Shown: positions 1 to 11,013, counted from the stretch's first letter. The stretch is 64,000 nt of DNA from Anaerolineae bacterium (GCA_040767425.1 JAXGON010000005.1:26969-90968), one strand, 5' to 3'. Translations and numbers: made by a program. Notes: generated by a model from the sequence alone, not told the origin.

Positions 1-1224
1 GACACCACGTTTCGTGACGGCCAGCAGGCCCGCCAGCCGTATACCGTGGAGCAGATCGTCCAGCTCTATACCTTTATGCATCACTTGGGCGGCCCCAATG
101 GCATGATTCGCCAGAGCGAGTTCTTTTTGTACACCGAAAAGGATCGCGCAGCGGTCGAGGCCTGTCAGGCCCTGGGGTTCCGCTTTCCCGAGATCACGGC
201 CTGGATCCGCGCCCGCAAAGAGGATTTCAAGCTGGTCAAGGGCATGGGCATCGAAGAGACGGGCATTCTGGCCTCTTGTTCCGATTATCACATCTTTCGC
301 AAGCTGCGCATGACCCGCCGCCAGGCCATGGACCAGTTCCTGGGCGTGGTCAAGGAGGCCCTGTCCGAGGGCGTGCGGCCGCGGGTGCACCTGGAGGACA
401 TCACCCGAGCCGATTTCTACGGCTTTGTGGTTCCGTTGGCTCTAGAGTTGCGCCGCCTCTCACAGGAAAGCGGCATCCCCATCAAGCTGCGCGCCTGCGA
501 TACCCTCGGCTTTGGCGTCAGCTATCCTGGCGTGGCGCTGCCGCGCTCGGTGTGCGGCATCGCCTACGGCCTGTGGCACCATGCCCGCTTCCCGGCCGAG
601 CTGCTCGAGTGGCACGGGCACAATGACTTTCACCATGCGGTGACCAACGCCTCGACGGCCTGGCTCTATGGCATCGCGGCGGTCAACGCGACCTTGCTGG
701 GCATCGGCGAGCGCACCGGCAATACGCCCATGGAGGCGATGGTGTTCGAGTACGCCGCCCTGCGCGGCACCACCAACGGCATGGATACAACGGTCATCAC
801 CGAGATCGCTGACTATTACGAAAAAGAGCTGGGATACGAGATCCCGCCGATGACGCCGCTGGTGGGGCGCGACTTTGCCACCACCCGGGCGGGCATCCAC
901 GCCGATGGTCTGCTCAAGGACGAAGAGATCTATAACATCTTTGATACCCAAAAGCTGTTGAGGCGAAGTCCGCGGGTGCTCATCAATCAGACCTCTGGGG
1001 CTGCCGGGCTGTTACACTGGATCCGCTCGCACTTTCGGGTGCCGGCCGATTTCAGCCTCGACAAGCGCGATGCCCGGCTTGAGCAACTGGTGGCTTATGT
1101 GCAGCGCAGCTATGACGAGGGCCGGGTGACCGCCTTTGGCGACGACGAGCTCGAGAGCGCCATGGCCAACCTGACCCCCGATCTCTATGCGCAGCTCAAA
1201 GCGCTGCGAGACGGGACCAGCTAG
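1..1224 (+). CDS. DRE-TIM metallolyase (isopropylmalate/homocitrate synthase superfamily), most like Re-citrate synthase; 5' truncated by window edge
   Basis: Frame 1 reads DTTFRDGQQAR from base 1. It also contains EWHGHNDF (HxH metal site) and GIGERTGN. Confidence 0.85.
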   Translation, partial: DTTFRDGQQARQPYTVEQIVQLYTFMHHLGGPNGMIRQSEFFLYTEKDRAAVEACQALGFRFPEITAWIRARKEDFKLVKGMGIEETGILASCSDYHIFRKLRMTRRQAMDQFLGVVKEALSEGVRPRVHLEDITRADFYGFVVPLALELRRLSQESGIPIKLRACDTLGFGVSYPGVALPRSVCGIAYGLWHHARFPAELLEWHGHNDFHHAVTNASTAWLYGIAAVNATLLGIGERTGNTPMEAMVFEYAALRGTTNGMDTTVITEIADYYEKELGYEIPPMTPLVGRDFATTRAGIHADGLLKDEEIYNIFDTQKLLRRSPRVLINQTSGAAGLLHWIRSHFRVPADFSLDKRDARLEQLVAYVQRSYDEGRVTAFGDDELESAMANLTPDLYAQLKALRDGTS

Positions 1225-1257
1225 GCACGCGGCCATGCTGCGCTCGCCCTGAATACG

Positions 1258-1286
1258 AGAGAGGGCCTTGAGGGGCCCTCTCTTTT
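1258..1286 (+). terminator. Intrinsic terminator
   Basis: AGAGAGGGCC/GGCCCTCTCT stem followed by T-run, just after the stop at 1224. Confidence 0.7.
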
Positions 1287-1341
1287 GTGTTACCCTGCGC
1301 GCGTGATGGAGCGTCCAAGCCCAGAGCTGCGGGAGGTGGGG

Positions 1342-3243
1342 ATGACCAAAGGTGCCTATGGATTCTGGCGCAGCCAGCTGACGCCGACCATGATGGCGGA
1401 GGAGCGACGACTCTCCGAGGTGGCGTGGAGCCTAGCCGGGGATCGCTTGATCTGGGTCGAGGGACGCTCGTCAAAGAACGTCCTGGTCGCCGCCGCCGAC
1501 GGCGACGCTCCCCGCGATCTCACCGTCGAGGGCTCGGTTCGTGGCGGCGTGGGCTATGGGGGGGGCGAGATGGCCGCCGTGGAAGACGGCGTCGTCTACT
1601 GCTCTGGGGGGCGGCTCTATCGGCTGGCCTATGATCACGGTGAGCCGCGTCCGCTGACGCCTGCGTATGGCTCGGTGGCGTCGCCGGCGCCTTCGCCCGA
1701 CGGGCGCTGCGTTGCCTATGTGCACTCTGATGGGACCGAAGACGTGCTGGCGGTGGTCGATGCCGACGGCAGGCGGTGGCCCCAGAAACTGGCCTCAGGC
1801 GCCGATTTCTATACCGGCCCTACCTGGCACCCCGACGGTCGCCACCTGGCGTGGGTCGAGTGGGACCACCCCAACATGCCCTGGGATGCGACTCGGCTGG
1901 TCTTGGCGACGCTTTCGGGCGACGACCCAGCTGACACAGCAGGAACAGCTGGCGATGATACCTTCCCCCGTCTGGAGCGTACAGCCACCATCGCTGGTGA
2001 CGACGACACCGCCGCCACCGAGCCCTCGTTCTCGCCCGACGGCCGCTGGCTGGCCTATATCTGCGATGCCGACGGCTGGGACGATCTCTACCTCTATGAC
2101 CTTCAACGTGGCCAAGCGCGTCGGCTGACCTTGGGCGGGGCCGACTATGGCCAGCCAGCCTGGGCGCAAGGGATCCGCAGCTATGCCTGGGCCGCCGATA
2201 GCAGCGCCCTCTATGCTGTGCGGCGTGGTGAGGCGCGCGATGCCCTATGGCGCGTGTCCCTCGAAGGAGGTGAGCCCGAGCCGATTCGGGCGCTGGCTGA
2301 CTATGGCTCCATCCAGCAGCCCACGGTGAGCGCCGACGGACGCCTGGCCTGCATCGCCTCCAGCCATGGCATCCCGCCGCGCTTGCTGGTGTGGAATCCC
2401 CACGATGACACGGTGCAGGTGCGCGCGCGGGCCTCAGCTGAGCGCCTAGATCCCGCCAGCCTGGTTGAGCCCAGCCTGCTGACGTGGCGCGGCGAGGACG
2501 GCGAGGAGGTCTATGGCCTGCTCTACCAGCCCATGGGCGGGCCGCCGGGGCAACGGCCTCCGCTGATGGTCTCGGTGCACGGTGGGCCGACGGGCCGCGC
2601 CAAACGCGGGTGGGACCCCGCCGCCCAGTTCCTGGCGACGCGCGGGTGGGCCGTATTGGCGCTGGACTATCGCGGCAGCAGCGGATACGGGCGTGCCTAC
2701 CGCAACCGCCTACGCGGCAACTGGGGCCTGCTGGATGTAGCCGACGTCGTGAGCGGGGCGCGGCACTGCGCTCAGCGCGGCTTGGTCGACGGCGATCGCA
2801 TGGCCATCATGGGGGGCAGTGCTGGCGGCTACACGGTGCTGGAGACGCTGGCCCAGCATCCCGGCGTCTTTGCGGCCGGCGTGTGCATGTACGGCGTCAC
2901 CGATCTCTTTGCGCTGGCCGAGGAGACCCACAAGTTCGAGGCCCACTATACCGACCGGCTGGTGGGTCCCCTGCCCGAGGCCGCAGCCGCCTACCGTGAG
3001 CGCAGTCCGGCCCGCCATGCCGAACGCATCCGCGACGCGGTGGCGATCTTTCAGGGCGAAGAGGACAAGGTCGTGCCGCTCTCGCAGGCCGAGGCGCTGG
3101 TGGCAGCCTTGCGTGAGCGAGGGGTCCCGCACACTTATCGTACCTTTGCCGGCGAGGGCCATGGCTGGCGTCGCCGCGAAACCATCGTCGCTTTCTGGGA
3201 AGAGACCCTCACGTTCCTGAGGAGGCATCTGCTCTATGCCTGA
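1342..3243 (+). CDS. S9 family prolyl oligopeptidase / acylaminoacyl peptidase
   Basis: PD40/TolB-like SPDG repeats, VHGGP, DYRGSSGYG, nucleophile GGSAGG, D-x-x-V and GEGHG. GGAGG precedes ATG 1342. Confidence 0.93.
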   Translation: MTKGAYGFWRSQLTPTMMAEERRLSEVAWSLAGDRLIWVEGRSSKNVLVAAADGDAPRDLTVEGSVRGGVGYGGGEMAAVEDGVVYCSGGRLYRLAYDHGEPRPLTPAYGSVASPAPSPDGRCVAYVHSDGTEDVLAVVDADGRRWPQKLASGADFYTGPTWHPDGRHLAWVEWDHPNMPWDATRLVLATLSGDDPADTAGTAGDDTFPRLERTATIAGDDDTAATEPSFSPDGRWLAYICDADGWDDLYLYDLQRGQARRLTLGGADYGQPAWAQGIRSYAWAADSSALYAVRRGEARDALWRVSLEGGEPEPIRALADYGSIQQPTVSADGRLACIASSHGIPPRLLVWNPHDDTVQVRARASAERLDPASLVEPSLLTWRGEDGEEVYGLLYQPMGGPPGQRPPLMVSVHGGPTGRAKRGWDPAAQFLATRGWAVLALDYRGSSGYGRAYRNRLRGNWGLLDVADVVSGARHCAQRGLVDGDRMAIMGGSAGGYTVLETLAQHPGVFAAGVCMYGVTDLFALAEETHKFEAHYTDRLVGPLPEAAAAYRERSPARHAERIRDAVAIFQGEEDKVVPLSQAEALVAALRERGVPHTYRTFAGEGHGWRRRETIVAFWEETLTFLRRHLLYA

Positions 3244-5611
3244 GCCATCATCCCTGAGGCCAGCCATGGCGCGGCGGCTGGCCGAGGTGACTCTGGACGA
3301 CCTGGCGGCGGTGGGCGGCAAGGCCGCTCGCCTGGGCGACGCCCATCGTTTGGGTTGCCCGGTGCCCCCTGGCGTGGTGCTGACGACCGATCTCTATCGC
3401 GGGTTTATGCGGCAGGGGGGGCTGGCCGGCGAGATCGCCTCGATCCTGGGGGCTATGCATCCCACCGCCATGGCGCACTTTCAGGCGGCCGAATGGGCCA
3501 TCCGATCGGCCTTTGCGGTGCGGCGGGTGCCTACGGACGTGCGCGACGCCGTGGCGGCGGCGCTTGACGAGTTGGGCGCCCCGGCCTTGGCCGTGCGCTC
3601 GTCGGCGCTCAACGAGGATAGCCCCCGCCAGAGCTTTGTGGGTCAGCACGATACCTTGCTGGGCGTCGAGGGGCTTGAGGCGGCCGTCGAGGCCGTAGTG
3701 GCCTGCTGGATGTCCCTCTTTTCTGCACGCGCCTTGGCCTATGCCGCTCGCTTCGGGGTTGACCTGCTCAACTCGGCCATGGCCGTTCTGATCCAGCCCG
3801 AGCTCTCGCTAGACGAGCAAGGCTCGCTCTTTACCGTCGATCCCATCACTGGCAACCCGGATGTGTTTCTGCTCGAGAGCCAGTGCAAAGGCCAGCCCGA
3901 GCTCTCGCGGCTCGATCCCTACGACAAGACGCCAGCTGCGCCCGGCCATGTCTCCGAGCTGTGCCGGATGGGGTTGCTGCTGGACGAGCACTACCAAAGC
4001 TATCAGGCGCTCGAGTGGGCCCTGGTCGGCGACGCGGTGCAGGTCTTGCGGGTGCGTCCCTTGAGCCGTGTGCCCGGCTATCTGCCCGTCTCGCTGCGGC
4101 GAGGCCGCGATGATCGCAAGCCGCTGCGCCTCATCCTGGCGCCGGGCGTCAAGCCCCGCGAGGCGGCGCCCTACTCCTGGTATCACCGCAGCCGCAGCGG
4201 GGTGCTCACCGCAGCCTACTACCGGGAGCGCCTGACCGGCCTGAGTGGTGAGCGCGGCAAGGTGCAGTTCTATCTGCGCGGCTATCTCTACGAGCGGCCC
4301 CAGCGCCAGCCCCTGGCCGCCGATACCTCTCGCTTGCCCAGTGGCATGTGGCTGCTGATGGCCGCCCGCCACCTCTGGGCAGCGCGCTCGCTGGATCGGG
4401 CCTTTCACGCGCTGGAGCGGTCGCGCAGGCCGCAACTGGAGGCCTGGGCGCAGCGTGACCTCACCGAGCTCGACGATCGTGCCTTGGGCGGCTATCTGCA
4501 AGACCTGGCTCGCCTGCACGAGCAGTACACCGTCGAGCGGGGGCGGCTGGATGGTGCCGCCGATGCGCTGGCAGATCTGTTCGCCCGTCTGCATGAGCGT
4601 TGGGTCGGCGAGGGCAGCGCCCCCGAGCTCTTGCCGGTCGCCGGCCAGGCGGTGGCGCGCCGAGATGCCGCCGTGGCTGAACTGGCTCAACAACACCCGG
4701 AGCCCGGGCCAGCTCGCGACGCGGCGATCGAGGGGTTGCGCCAACGTTTTGGCCACCTGTTTCTCGGCGGCGATCCATTGGGAGAGCAGCGTGACCTGGC
4801 GTGCTGGGCGGTGGACGAGAATCTGCTACGCCAGGCTCTGGAGCACCCTCCCAAAGCCAAAGCGCGCGCCAAGGCGTTGCCCCCTGACATGGTGGCAAAG
4901 GTGCCATGGCCGCGGCGTTGGGTCTATGCTCGGGTGCTCAGGCTGGCCCAGCGTTATGCTCCGCTGCGCGCTGACAAGGACGAGCCGGTCTTGCGCTGCG
5001 GGTGGCTGGAGCATCTGGCCATCGCCGAGGTGGGGCGGCGGCTGTTGAGAGCCGGTGCCGTTAGCGACGCGGACCACGCCTTTTTGCTGCGCGACGACGA
5101 GCTGCTCGACTGGCTTTTGGGCGAGACCGAGACGCAGCATCTGGCCAAGCTAGTGGCCGAGCGGCGTGACTTGGTGCGGCGGTGGTGGCGCTATGCGCCG
5201 CCGCTAACCCTGGGAGGCGAGGAAGAGGGCGAGCCGCCCCAGCCCGAGGGAGGGCTGGACGGAGCCCGCGTGCTCCGCGGCCGCGCCATCTCGCCGGGGG
5301 TGGCCCAGGGCCGTGTCTGCGTCGTCCAGATGCTGTCTGACGGCGCTCGCGTCCGCCCTGGCGATGTGCTCTGCTCGCGGACTCCGTTGTATGATCTGAG
5401 CCCGTGGTTTGGCATGGCGTCGGCGGTGGTTACCGAGCGCGGTGGCTTGCTGGATCACGCCGCCGTCCTGGTGCGCGAGTACGGTATTCCGGCCGTCTTT
5501 GGCGTCCCGGGGCTGCTCAAGAACGTCGCCGATGGCGATACGCTCTGGGTGGATGGCGGGCGCGGCCTGGTACAGCCCAGTCGCCACGATCCAGGTTGGG
5601 ACATCCTATGA
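3236..5611 (+). CDS. PEP/pyruvate-binding (ATP-grasp) domain + PEP-utilising mobile His domain protein (rifampin-phosphotransferase-like architecture)
   Basis: VGGKA, VRSSA..ED..SF.GQ at the N-terminus. C-terminal [19 protein letters not shown] and VDGGRG. Overlaps the upstream stop. Confidence 0.85.
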   Translation: MPEPSSLRPAMARRLAEVTLDDLAAVGGKAARLGDAHRLGCPVPPGVVLTTDLYRGFMRQGGLAGEIASILGAMHPTAMAHFQAAEWAIRSAFAVRRVPTDVRDAVAAALDELGAPALAVRSSALNEDSPRQSFVGQHDTLLGVEGLEAAVEAVVACWMSLFSARALAYAARFGVDLLNSAMAVLIQPELSLDEQGSLFTVDPITGNPDVFLLESQCKGQPELSRLDPYDKTPAAPGHVSELCRMGLLLDEHYQSYQALEWALVGDAVQVLRVRPLSRVPGYLPVSLRRGRDDRKPLRLILAPGVKPREAAPYSWYHRSRSGVLTAAYYRERLTGLSGERGKVQFYLRGYLYERPQRQPLAADTSRLPSGMWLLMAARHLWAARSLDRAFHALERSRRPQLEAWAQRDLTELDDRALGGYLQDLARLHEQYTVERGRLDGAADALADLFARLHERWVGEGSAPELLPVAGQAVARRDAAVAELAQQHPEPGPARDAAIEGLRQRFGHLFLGGDPLGEQRDLACWAVDENLLRQALEHPPKAKARAKALPPDMVAKVPWPRRWVYARVLRLAQRYAPLRADKDEPVLRCGWLEHLAIAEVGRRLLRAGAVSDADHAFLLRDDELLDWLLGETETQHLAKLVAERRDLVRRWWRYAPPLTLGGEEEGEPPQPEGGLDGARVLRGRAISPGVAQGRVCVVQMLSDGARVRPGDVLCSRTPLYDLSPWFGMASAVVTERGGLLDHAAVLVREYGIPAVFGVPGLLKNVADGDTLWVDGGRGLVQPSRHDPGWDIL

Positions 5612-5636
5612 CCTACATGAACCTAGGAGGAAGCTG

Positions 5637-6536
5637 ATGGGCGTGTATGGCGGCATCGAGGCGGGCGGCACCAAGTTCGTCTGCGCCGTGGGCACGGCGC
5701 CCGATGATATCCGCGCCGAGGAGCGGTTCGCCACCAGCGCGCCAGAGGACGCCATCCCTCGGGCCGCGCGGTTCTTTCAGGCGAACACCGCCCCCGGCGA
5801 GCTGGACGCGGTGGGCATCGCCTCCTTTGGGCCGGTGGATCCGAACCCCGCCTCGCCCACGTGGGGCTATGTGACCACCACGCCCAAGCCGGGTTGGGCT
5901 CAGACCGACTTTGCCGGCCAGGTGCAGCGAGCCTTGGGCGTGCCGGTGGGGTTCGATACCGACGTGAATGCGGCCGCCCTGGGCGAACATCGCTGGGGCG
6001 CCGCCCGCGGCCTGCACACGTTCATCTACCTGACGGTGGGCACCGGCATCGGGGGCGGTGCCATGGTGGAGGGCAAGCTGCTCCACGGGATGATGCACCC
6101 CGAGATGGGCCATATCTATGTGCCGCACAATCGCGAGACCGATCCCTTCCCGGGGTCTTGCCCTTACCACGGTGACTGTCTGGAGGGCCTCGCGGCCGGC
6201 CCGGCCATCGAGGCGCGCTGGGGCCAACGTGGCGAGACGCTGCCGCCCAATCACCCCGCCTGGGAGCTCGAAGCCCGCTACCTGGCGCTGGGCGTGGTCA
6301 ACTATGCCCTGACCTTGGCCCCGCAACGCGTGATCATGGGCGGCGGCGTGATGGCGCAGGCGCATCTCTTTCCCATGATCCGCCGCCAGGTGCGCGGCTT
6401 GCTCAATGACTATCTCCAGGTGCCGCAGATCGCCAGCGACCTGGATCGCTTTGTGGTGCCGCCCCAGCTCGGCGGGCGCGCCGGTGTGTTGGGGGCCATC
6501 GCGTTGGCCGAGCGCGCGGCCCTGGGGCATCGCTGA
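5637..6536 (+). CDS. ROK family sugar kinase (fructokinase-like)
   Basis: [54 protein letters not shown]. Confidence 0.93.
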   Translation: MGVYGGIEAGGTKFVCAVGTAPDDIRAEERFATSAPEDAIPRAARFFQANTAPGELDAVGIASFGPVDPNPASPTWGYVTTTPKPGWAQTDFAGQVQRALGVPVGFDTDVNAAALGEHRWGAARGLHTFIYLTVGTGIGGGAMVEGKLLHGMMHPEMGHIYVPHNRETDPFPGSCPYHGDCLEGLAAGPAIEARWGQRGETLPPNHPAWELEARYLALGVVNYALTLAPQRVIMGGGVMAQAHLFPMIRRQVRGLLNDYLQVPQIASDLDRFVVPPQLGGRAGVLGAIALAERAALGHR

Positions 6537-6673
6537 TGCGGGATTCGGGCGACGAGGGCCGGAGAGGCCTGCAGGTTTGGTGGGAGGTGTGGCTGCCGCT
6601 GCTGCTGACCGGAGTGGCCCTGGTGGGGCTGAACCTGATGCTCTACCTCAAACTGGCGCCGGCGGCACCATGA
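6536..6673 (+). CDS. 45-aa single-pass membrane small protein (not in ORF track)
   Basis: [45 protein letters not shown]. The start overlaps the kinase stop (TGATG) and the stop overlaps the next ATG (ATGA). Confidence 0.7.
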   Translation: MRDSGDEGRRGLQVWWEVWLPLLLTGVALVGLNLMLYLKLAPAAP

Positions 6674-7893
6674 ACCAACTACGGTCGCGCTGGATGCGTC
6701 TGCGCCGCTGGTGGGCTGCTCGCGATCTGGGCTGGATCATCCACCCGCTGCTGGCTTTTGTGGCGACGCGAGCGGCCCTGTGGGCGGCCGCCTATCTGGG
6801 CGAGCTGGCCATCCCCGGCCTGGACGAGAGTTGGGTGTGGCATGCGCGCCCCGATAACATGTTCCTGGACGTGTGGGCGCGCTGGGATGCCGGTTGGTAC
6901 TTGAGCATCGTGCGACAAGGTTATACCTTTTCGCGCGAGGCTCAGAGTTCGATGGCCTTTTTCCCGCTCTACCCGAGCTTGGTATGCGCGCTGCAATGGG
7001 TCGTGCGCGACGAGGTTGTTGCCGGGCTGTTGATCAGCCACGCGTCACTCTTGGGCGCGCTGTTCTACCTCTACCGGTTCACTGAGCAACTCACGGGCGA
7101 GCGGTCCGACGCCGAGCGAGCCGTGTTCTATGCCGCGGCCTTTCCCAGCGCCTTCTTTTTTTCGGCCATGTATACCGAAAGTCTCTTTCTGCTGGTCACG
7201 GTGGCGGCGGCCTACCACGCGCGGCGCCAGCAATGGGTCTGGGCGGCCTTTTGGGGGACGCTGGCGACGGCCACGCGGGTGCCTGGGCTGGCTATCCTGG
7301 GCTTGGTGGGGCTGGAATGGCTGCGGGCCCACGGCTGGACGCTGAGCACGGCCTGGCGCGGCGAGGCCTGGCGCAGCCTGTGGCGCAGCCTGCGCGATGA
7401 CTGGGGCGGGCTGCTGGTGATGGCGCTGATCCCGCTGGGCCTGCTCAGCTTTATGGCGTTCGGGGCGCGCATGTTCGGCGACCCCTGGGCCTTTCGGGTG
7501 GCGGCGGGTACCTGGAATCGCCGCATGGCGGGGCCCTATTTGATCGTCCGCGGGGCGGTGGATCGCCTAATCGCCGGCAGTTTCAAGTGCGGCAAGGTGC
7601 CCTGGCGCGAGATCATCGATCTGGCCGCGTTCTTTGGCGCGGTGGCGTTGGTGCCGATCATCTGGAAGCGGCTGGGGGAGGCCTATGCCCTCTACACCCT
7701 GAGCATCGTGTTGCTTCCCATCTGGAGCCACACCATGTCCATGACGCGCTATGTGGTGGTGGCGTTTCCGATCTATGTGCTGTTGGCGCGCTGGGCCAGG
7801 CACCGGGCCGTCGACCGCGCCCTGCTGGCCAGCTTTGCCATCCTCTTGGGCATGCTGGTGACTGTTAACGCCAACTGGTACTTTGTGGGGTAG
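6670..7893 (+). CDS. Membrane mannosyltransferase-like protein (PIG-V/GT-C family)
   Basis: WARWDAGWYLSI, AFFPLYP, YTESLFL motifs and multiple TM segments. Confidence 0.85.
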   Translation: MNQLRSRWMRLRRWWAARDLGWIIHPLLAFVATRAALWAAAYLGELAIPGLDESWVWHARPDNMFLDVWARWDAGWYLSIVRQGYTFSREAQSSMAFFPLYPSLVCALQWVVRDEVVAGLLISHASLLGALFYLYRFTEQLTGERSDAERAVFYAAAFPSAFFFSAMYTESLFLLVTVAAAYHARRQQWVWAAFWGTLATATRVPGLAILGLVGLEWLRAHGWTLSTAWRGEAWRSLWRSLRDDWGGLLVMALIPLGLLSFMAFGARMFGDPWAFRVAAGTWNRRMAGPYLIVRGAVDRLIAGSFKCGKVPWREIIDLAAFFGAVALVPIIWKRLGEAYALYTLSIVLLPIWSHTMSMTRYVVVAFPIYVLLARWARHRAVDRALLASFAILLGMLVTVNANWYFVG

Positions 7894-7899
7894 GGCGGC

Positions 7900-8772
7900 T
7901 CACGCTGCATTAGGCCAGGCATCGCTGCGCTTGAGGATGAGGCTGCCCTGCGGTAGGCCCAGATGCCGCGCGATGACGGCGCACTTGGCCCGCAGCAGGA
8001 AAAAGACCCGCCCCGGTGTCTGGCTCAGCGCCTCAAAGTTGCCCTGGCCCTTGGCGATGACCACACTGGCGTCCTCCCACGCCTGGCGCAGCGCGGGTGA
8101 GGCATGCTCCAGCAGCGTACCAGGGGCGTCGAATCCGCCATCGAGCAACGTGGCCACCTCGTCCAACCCGGCCTGCAGCGCATCCTCCAGCACGGCATCG
8201 TTCAGCACCGGCGTCGCCTTGACCACATAGGTCACCGGCGCGGCGATCTGCCCGATGAACAGGCGATCGAACACCGTCTCGCCGGCGTTGTCTCCCAGAT
8301 AGAGCACCCGGGTGGCGCCGCCAACCTCGGCGCGCAGGGCTTCCAGGTCGTTCACCGTCAGGGGCGTCCGCAGCACGGTTTCAATATCATCTCGCAGCGC
8401 CTCGCCGTCATAGGGCGCGTCGGGGACGCCCAGATCGATGATGTTGCCGGCGATAGCCAGGCGGGCAGCCGTGGCAAAGGGGTCATCAGAGTCAGCGACC
8501 CGTTGCACCAATGCTGGATAGAGAGCCAGGGCGTGTTCAGTGGATGCCCGCTTGAGGGCGCGATACGGATCGGGGTTGCCCGTCACCTCGCGGACCAGGC
8601 GATGCACCGCCGCGCCGATCTCGGGTGGCGTGCTTCGTAGGTCGATCTCTTGCAGGATGGCCAACGTGCCGTCCAGCACCCGGCGGATGATGCGCTCGTC
8701 ATCGGTGGCCAAGCGGGCGGCCTCCAGCGCCTGACGCACAAAACAGGGATAGCAGTCCAGATAGGTCTGCAC
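7900..8772 (-). CDS. ARMT1-like / DUF89 damage-control phosphatase
   Basis: DCYPC, DPY, GNIID, DNAGE..FD, KGQGNFE, AKC motifs. Confidence 0.9.
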   Translation of the reverse strand: MQTYLDCYPCFVRQALEAARLATDDERIIRRVLDGTLAILQEIDLRSTPPEIGAAVHRLVREVTGNPDPYRALKRASTEHALALYPALVQRVADSDDPFATAARLAIAGNIIDLGVPDAPYDGEALRDDIETVLRTPLTVNDLEALRAEVGGATRVLYLGDNAGETVFDRLFIGQIAAPVTYVVKATPVLNDAVLEDALQAGLDEVATLLDGGFDAPGTLLEHASPALRQAWEDASVVIAKGQGNFEALSQTPGRVFFLLRAKCAVIARHLGLPQGSLILKRSDAWPNAA

Positions 8773-8945
8773 AGCGGATCCTTTCGTCTTGGTGGATCGG
8801 TGGGTGATGATGTGGCTCGACCTTAGGTCGGCGACCGGCTCTTGTCAAACTTGGCGTGGCTGGCCGCAACCAGCGCACGGCTCTGACGTAGAGTGAGTGC
8901 ATCAATGGGTACCGGCATGGGGCACGCATACGGGAGGGCGGAGGC

Positions 8946-9587
8946 ATGGAGCGACGAAACGGAGCCTTGATCTGGGGTGTCTTGCTGATCGTGTTCGGCA
9001 TCGGCTTTCTGATGCAGAGCTTGAATCTGTTCCAGGGCATGGGGGAGCTCTTGTGGGCCGGGTTCCTGGCCTTGGGCGGGGCTATCTTTATCTATGTGCG
9101 CACGCAGAACGTCGAGAACTGGTGGGCGTTCATCCCGGGCTTGAGCCTCTTGGGCCTGGCGGCACTCGTCGCCTGGGATGCCATCTTCCGGGGCTCGGAT
9201 CTAGGCGTGGTGGCGTTCATGGGGGGCATCAGCCTGGGCTTTTGGGCCGTCTACCTGGACCGCCACGAGCACTGGTGGGCCATGATCCCAGGCGGCGTGT
9301 TGGCGGCCTTGGCCCTGATGCTGCTCTCGGAGGGGCTCAACATCCCCGTGGATGCCGGCGGGCTGTTCATGCTGCTGATGGGCGTGGCGTTCGCGGTGGT
9401 GGCGCTCTTTTCGCCCGCCGACGTCGACACCCGCTGGGCGTTCATCCCAGCCGCGATTCTAGGCCTCATTGGCATCCTGATCATCCTGGCAAGCGCCGAG
9501 CTGGCCAAGTATGTGGTGCCGGTCGGGCTGCTGGGCGGGGGCATCTACCTGCTGCTGCGGGGGTACACCCGCGCGGACGCGGACTAG
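8946..9587 (+). CDS. Multi-pass membrane protein with repeated WWAxIPG motifs
   Basis: GGAGG SD, about 8 hydrophobic helices, WWAFIPG/WWAMIPG/RWAFIPA repeats. Confidence 0.8.
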   Translation: MERRNGALIWGVLLIVFGIGFLMQSLNLFQGMGELLWAGFLALGGAIFIYVRTQNVENWWAFIPGLSLLGLAALVAWDAIFRGSDLGVVAFMGGISLGFWAVYLDRHEHWWAMIPGGVLAALALMLLSEGLNIPVDAGGLFMLLMGVAFAVVALFSPADVDTRWAFIPAAILGLIGILIILASAELAKYVVPVGLLGGGIYLLLRGYTRADAD

Positions 9588-9687
9588 ATCCGGCGTTCGG
9601 TATCGTTGTCATGAGGGCGCAGCGGGTTCACCAAGGGATCCGCCGCGCCGCTAGCTGGCTAATTGGACGCGCATCACGGCCCGGCGC

Positions 9688-10815
9688 TCACCCCCGCGGA
9701 ACGACCGGATACCGCCCTCGCTCCTCCAGCAGGTCGCTCACCCAGGCCACCCGCTCGATCAGCGAGTCGGGCATGACGTTATCGGCCACGCCCAGGATGA
9801 ACGCGTCGCCGGGCGCCACCACGTCCAGCACGTGATGCACCTCGGCGCGGAACTCGTCCTCGGGCACGCTAGGCGACAAGAGCAGCGAGGGCAACCCGCC
9901 CCAGATGATCACCCGCGTGCCCCAGGTCTCGCGAGCTTGCTTGAGGGTAAAGGGCACCATGGGCGCCGTCACAAAGCACTCGACCATGTCATAGCCGGCC
10001 TGCTCGATCAGCGTTGCTATGCGCGAGGTGTCATTATCCGCGTGCAGCGCCACGGCCTTGCCGGCGGACTGCATCCGGGGGTTGAACGCCTGGTAGTAGG
10101 GCAGGATGTAGCGCTCATACATGCGGGGTGGGGTGTAGCTGGAGGAATGATGCACCCCGTGCAGCAGCAAGCGCGCCGGCGACGCCTCTAGCACCGGCCA
10201 GAGACGGTCGCGTTCCACCTCGGTCATCACGGCTAGCAGATGCTCCACCTCGCGGCGGTGATCCTGAAGCTGCAGGTAGCCGTCCTCATAGCCGGCGCCG
10301 TCCAGCAGGAACCAGTGGAAGGGCGCATCGCCAGCCGACACCATGGGCAGGCCATCCTCGCCGATCTCGGCGTCATAGGCGCGGTAGGCGTCATAGGTGG
10401 CGTCCCAGTAGGTGTGCTCCGTGACCCACTCCCACACGGCATAATCGTCGGGGCCCTTGAGCAGGGGCTCCATGACCCGGCCGCCCATGTCCAGCCCGCG
10501 CAACGTCTCCGAGCTATGGCTGACCTGACGGACGCTTCCGACGGGCGTGTGATAGCTGAGGACCTCGAGCCCGTCCTCCAGGCGTCGTTCTACGGTGACG
10601 CTCTCATAGCGCCGTTGCGCCACCTGGCCGTCGCGAGCGGGCGTGCCGCAACCCAGAGCGCGCTCCACCTCGCGCAGCGAGAGCTCCTCCCACTCTGGTG
10701 GCAACGTGCCCGTGGCGCGACGGGCGTTGTACCAGAGTAGCAGCCGTGGCACCCAGGGGACGCGGTCCGGCGCGCGACCGGCAAGAACGGCGAGCAGACG
10801 CTGGCGGGTGTGCAT
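9688..10815 (-). CDS. Uroporphyrinogen decarboxylase-like (URO-D/MtaA/CmuA family) protein
   Basis: MHTRQRLLAVLAGRAPDRVPW N-terminus, IIWGG, FILG..DNV. GAGGAG SD. Confidence 0.85.
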   Translation of the reverse strand: MHTRQRLLAVLAGRAPDRVPWVPRLLLWYNARRATGTLPPEWEELSLREVERALGCGTPARDGQVAQRRYESVTVERRLEDGLEVLSYHTPVGSVRQVSHSSETLRGLDMGGRVMEPLLKGPDDYAVWEWVTEHTYWDATYDAYRAYDAEIGEDGLPMVSAGDAPFHWFLLDGAGYEDGYLQLQDHRREVEHLLAVMTEVERDRLWPVLEASPARLLLHGVHHSSSYTPPRMYERYILPYYQAFNPRMQSAGKAVALHADNDTSRIATLIEQAGYDMVECFVTAPMVPFTLKQARETWGTRVIIWGGLPSLLLSPSVPEDEFRAEVHHVLDVVAPGDAFILGVADNVMPDSLIERVAWVSDLLEERGRYPVVPRG

Positions 10816-11013
10816 GGGTGCTCCTCTAATCGGCTGGGCGCGGCGTTGCCGAGCCTGGCGGCCATCGTACCCGAGGCCACGCATGCTGCCAAGCCGATCT
10901 CTACCAAATCTCCACAGCTTCTTGACATGCTCGACTCCCACGCTTAGCATAATGCACACGGTAACGATACCGATGGATGCGATACACGCTTGCGTTCAAG
11001 GACGGAGGTAGCC

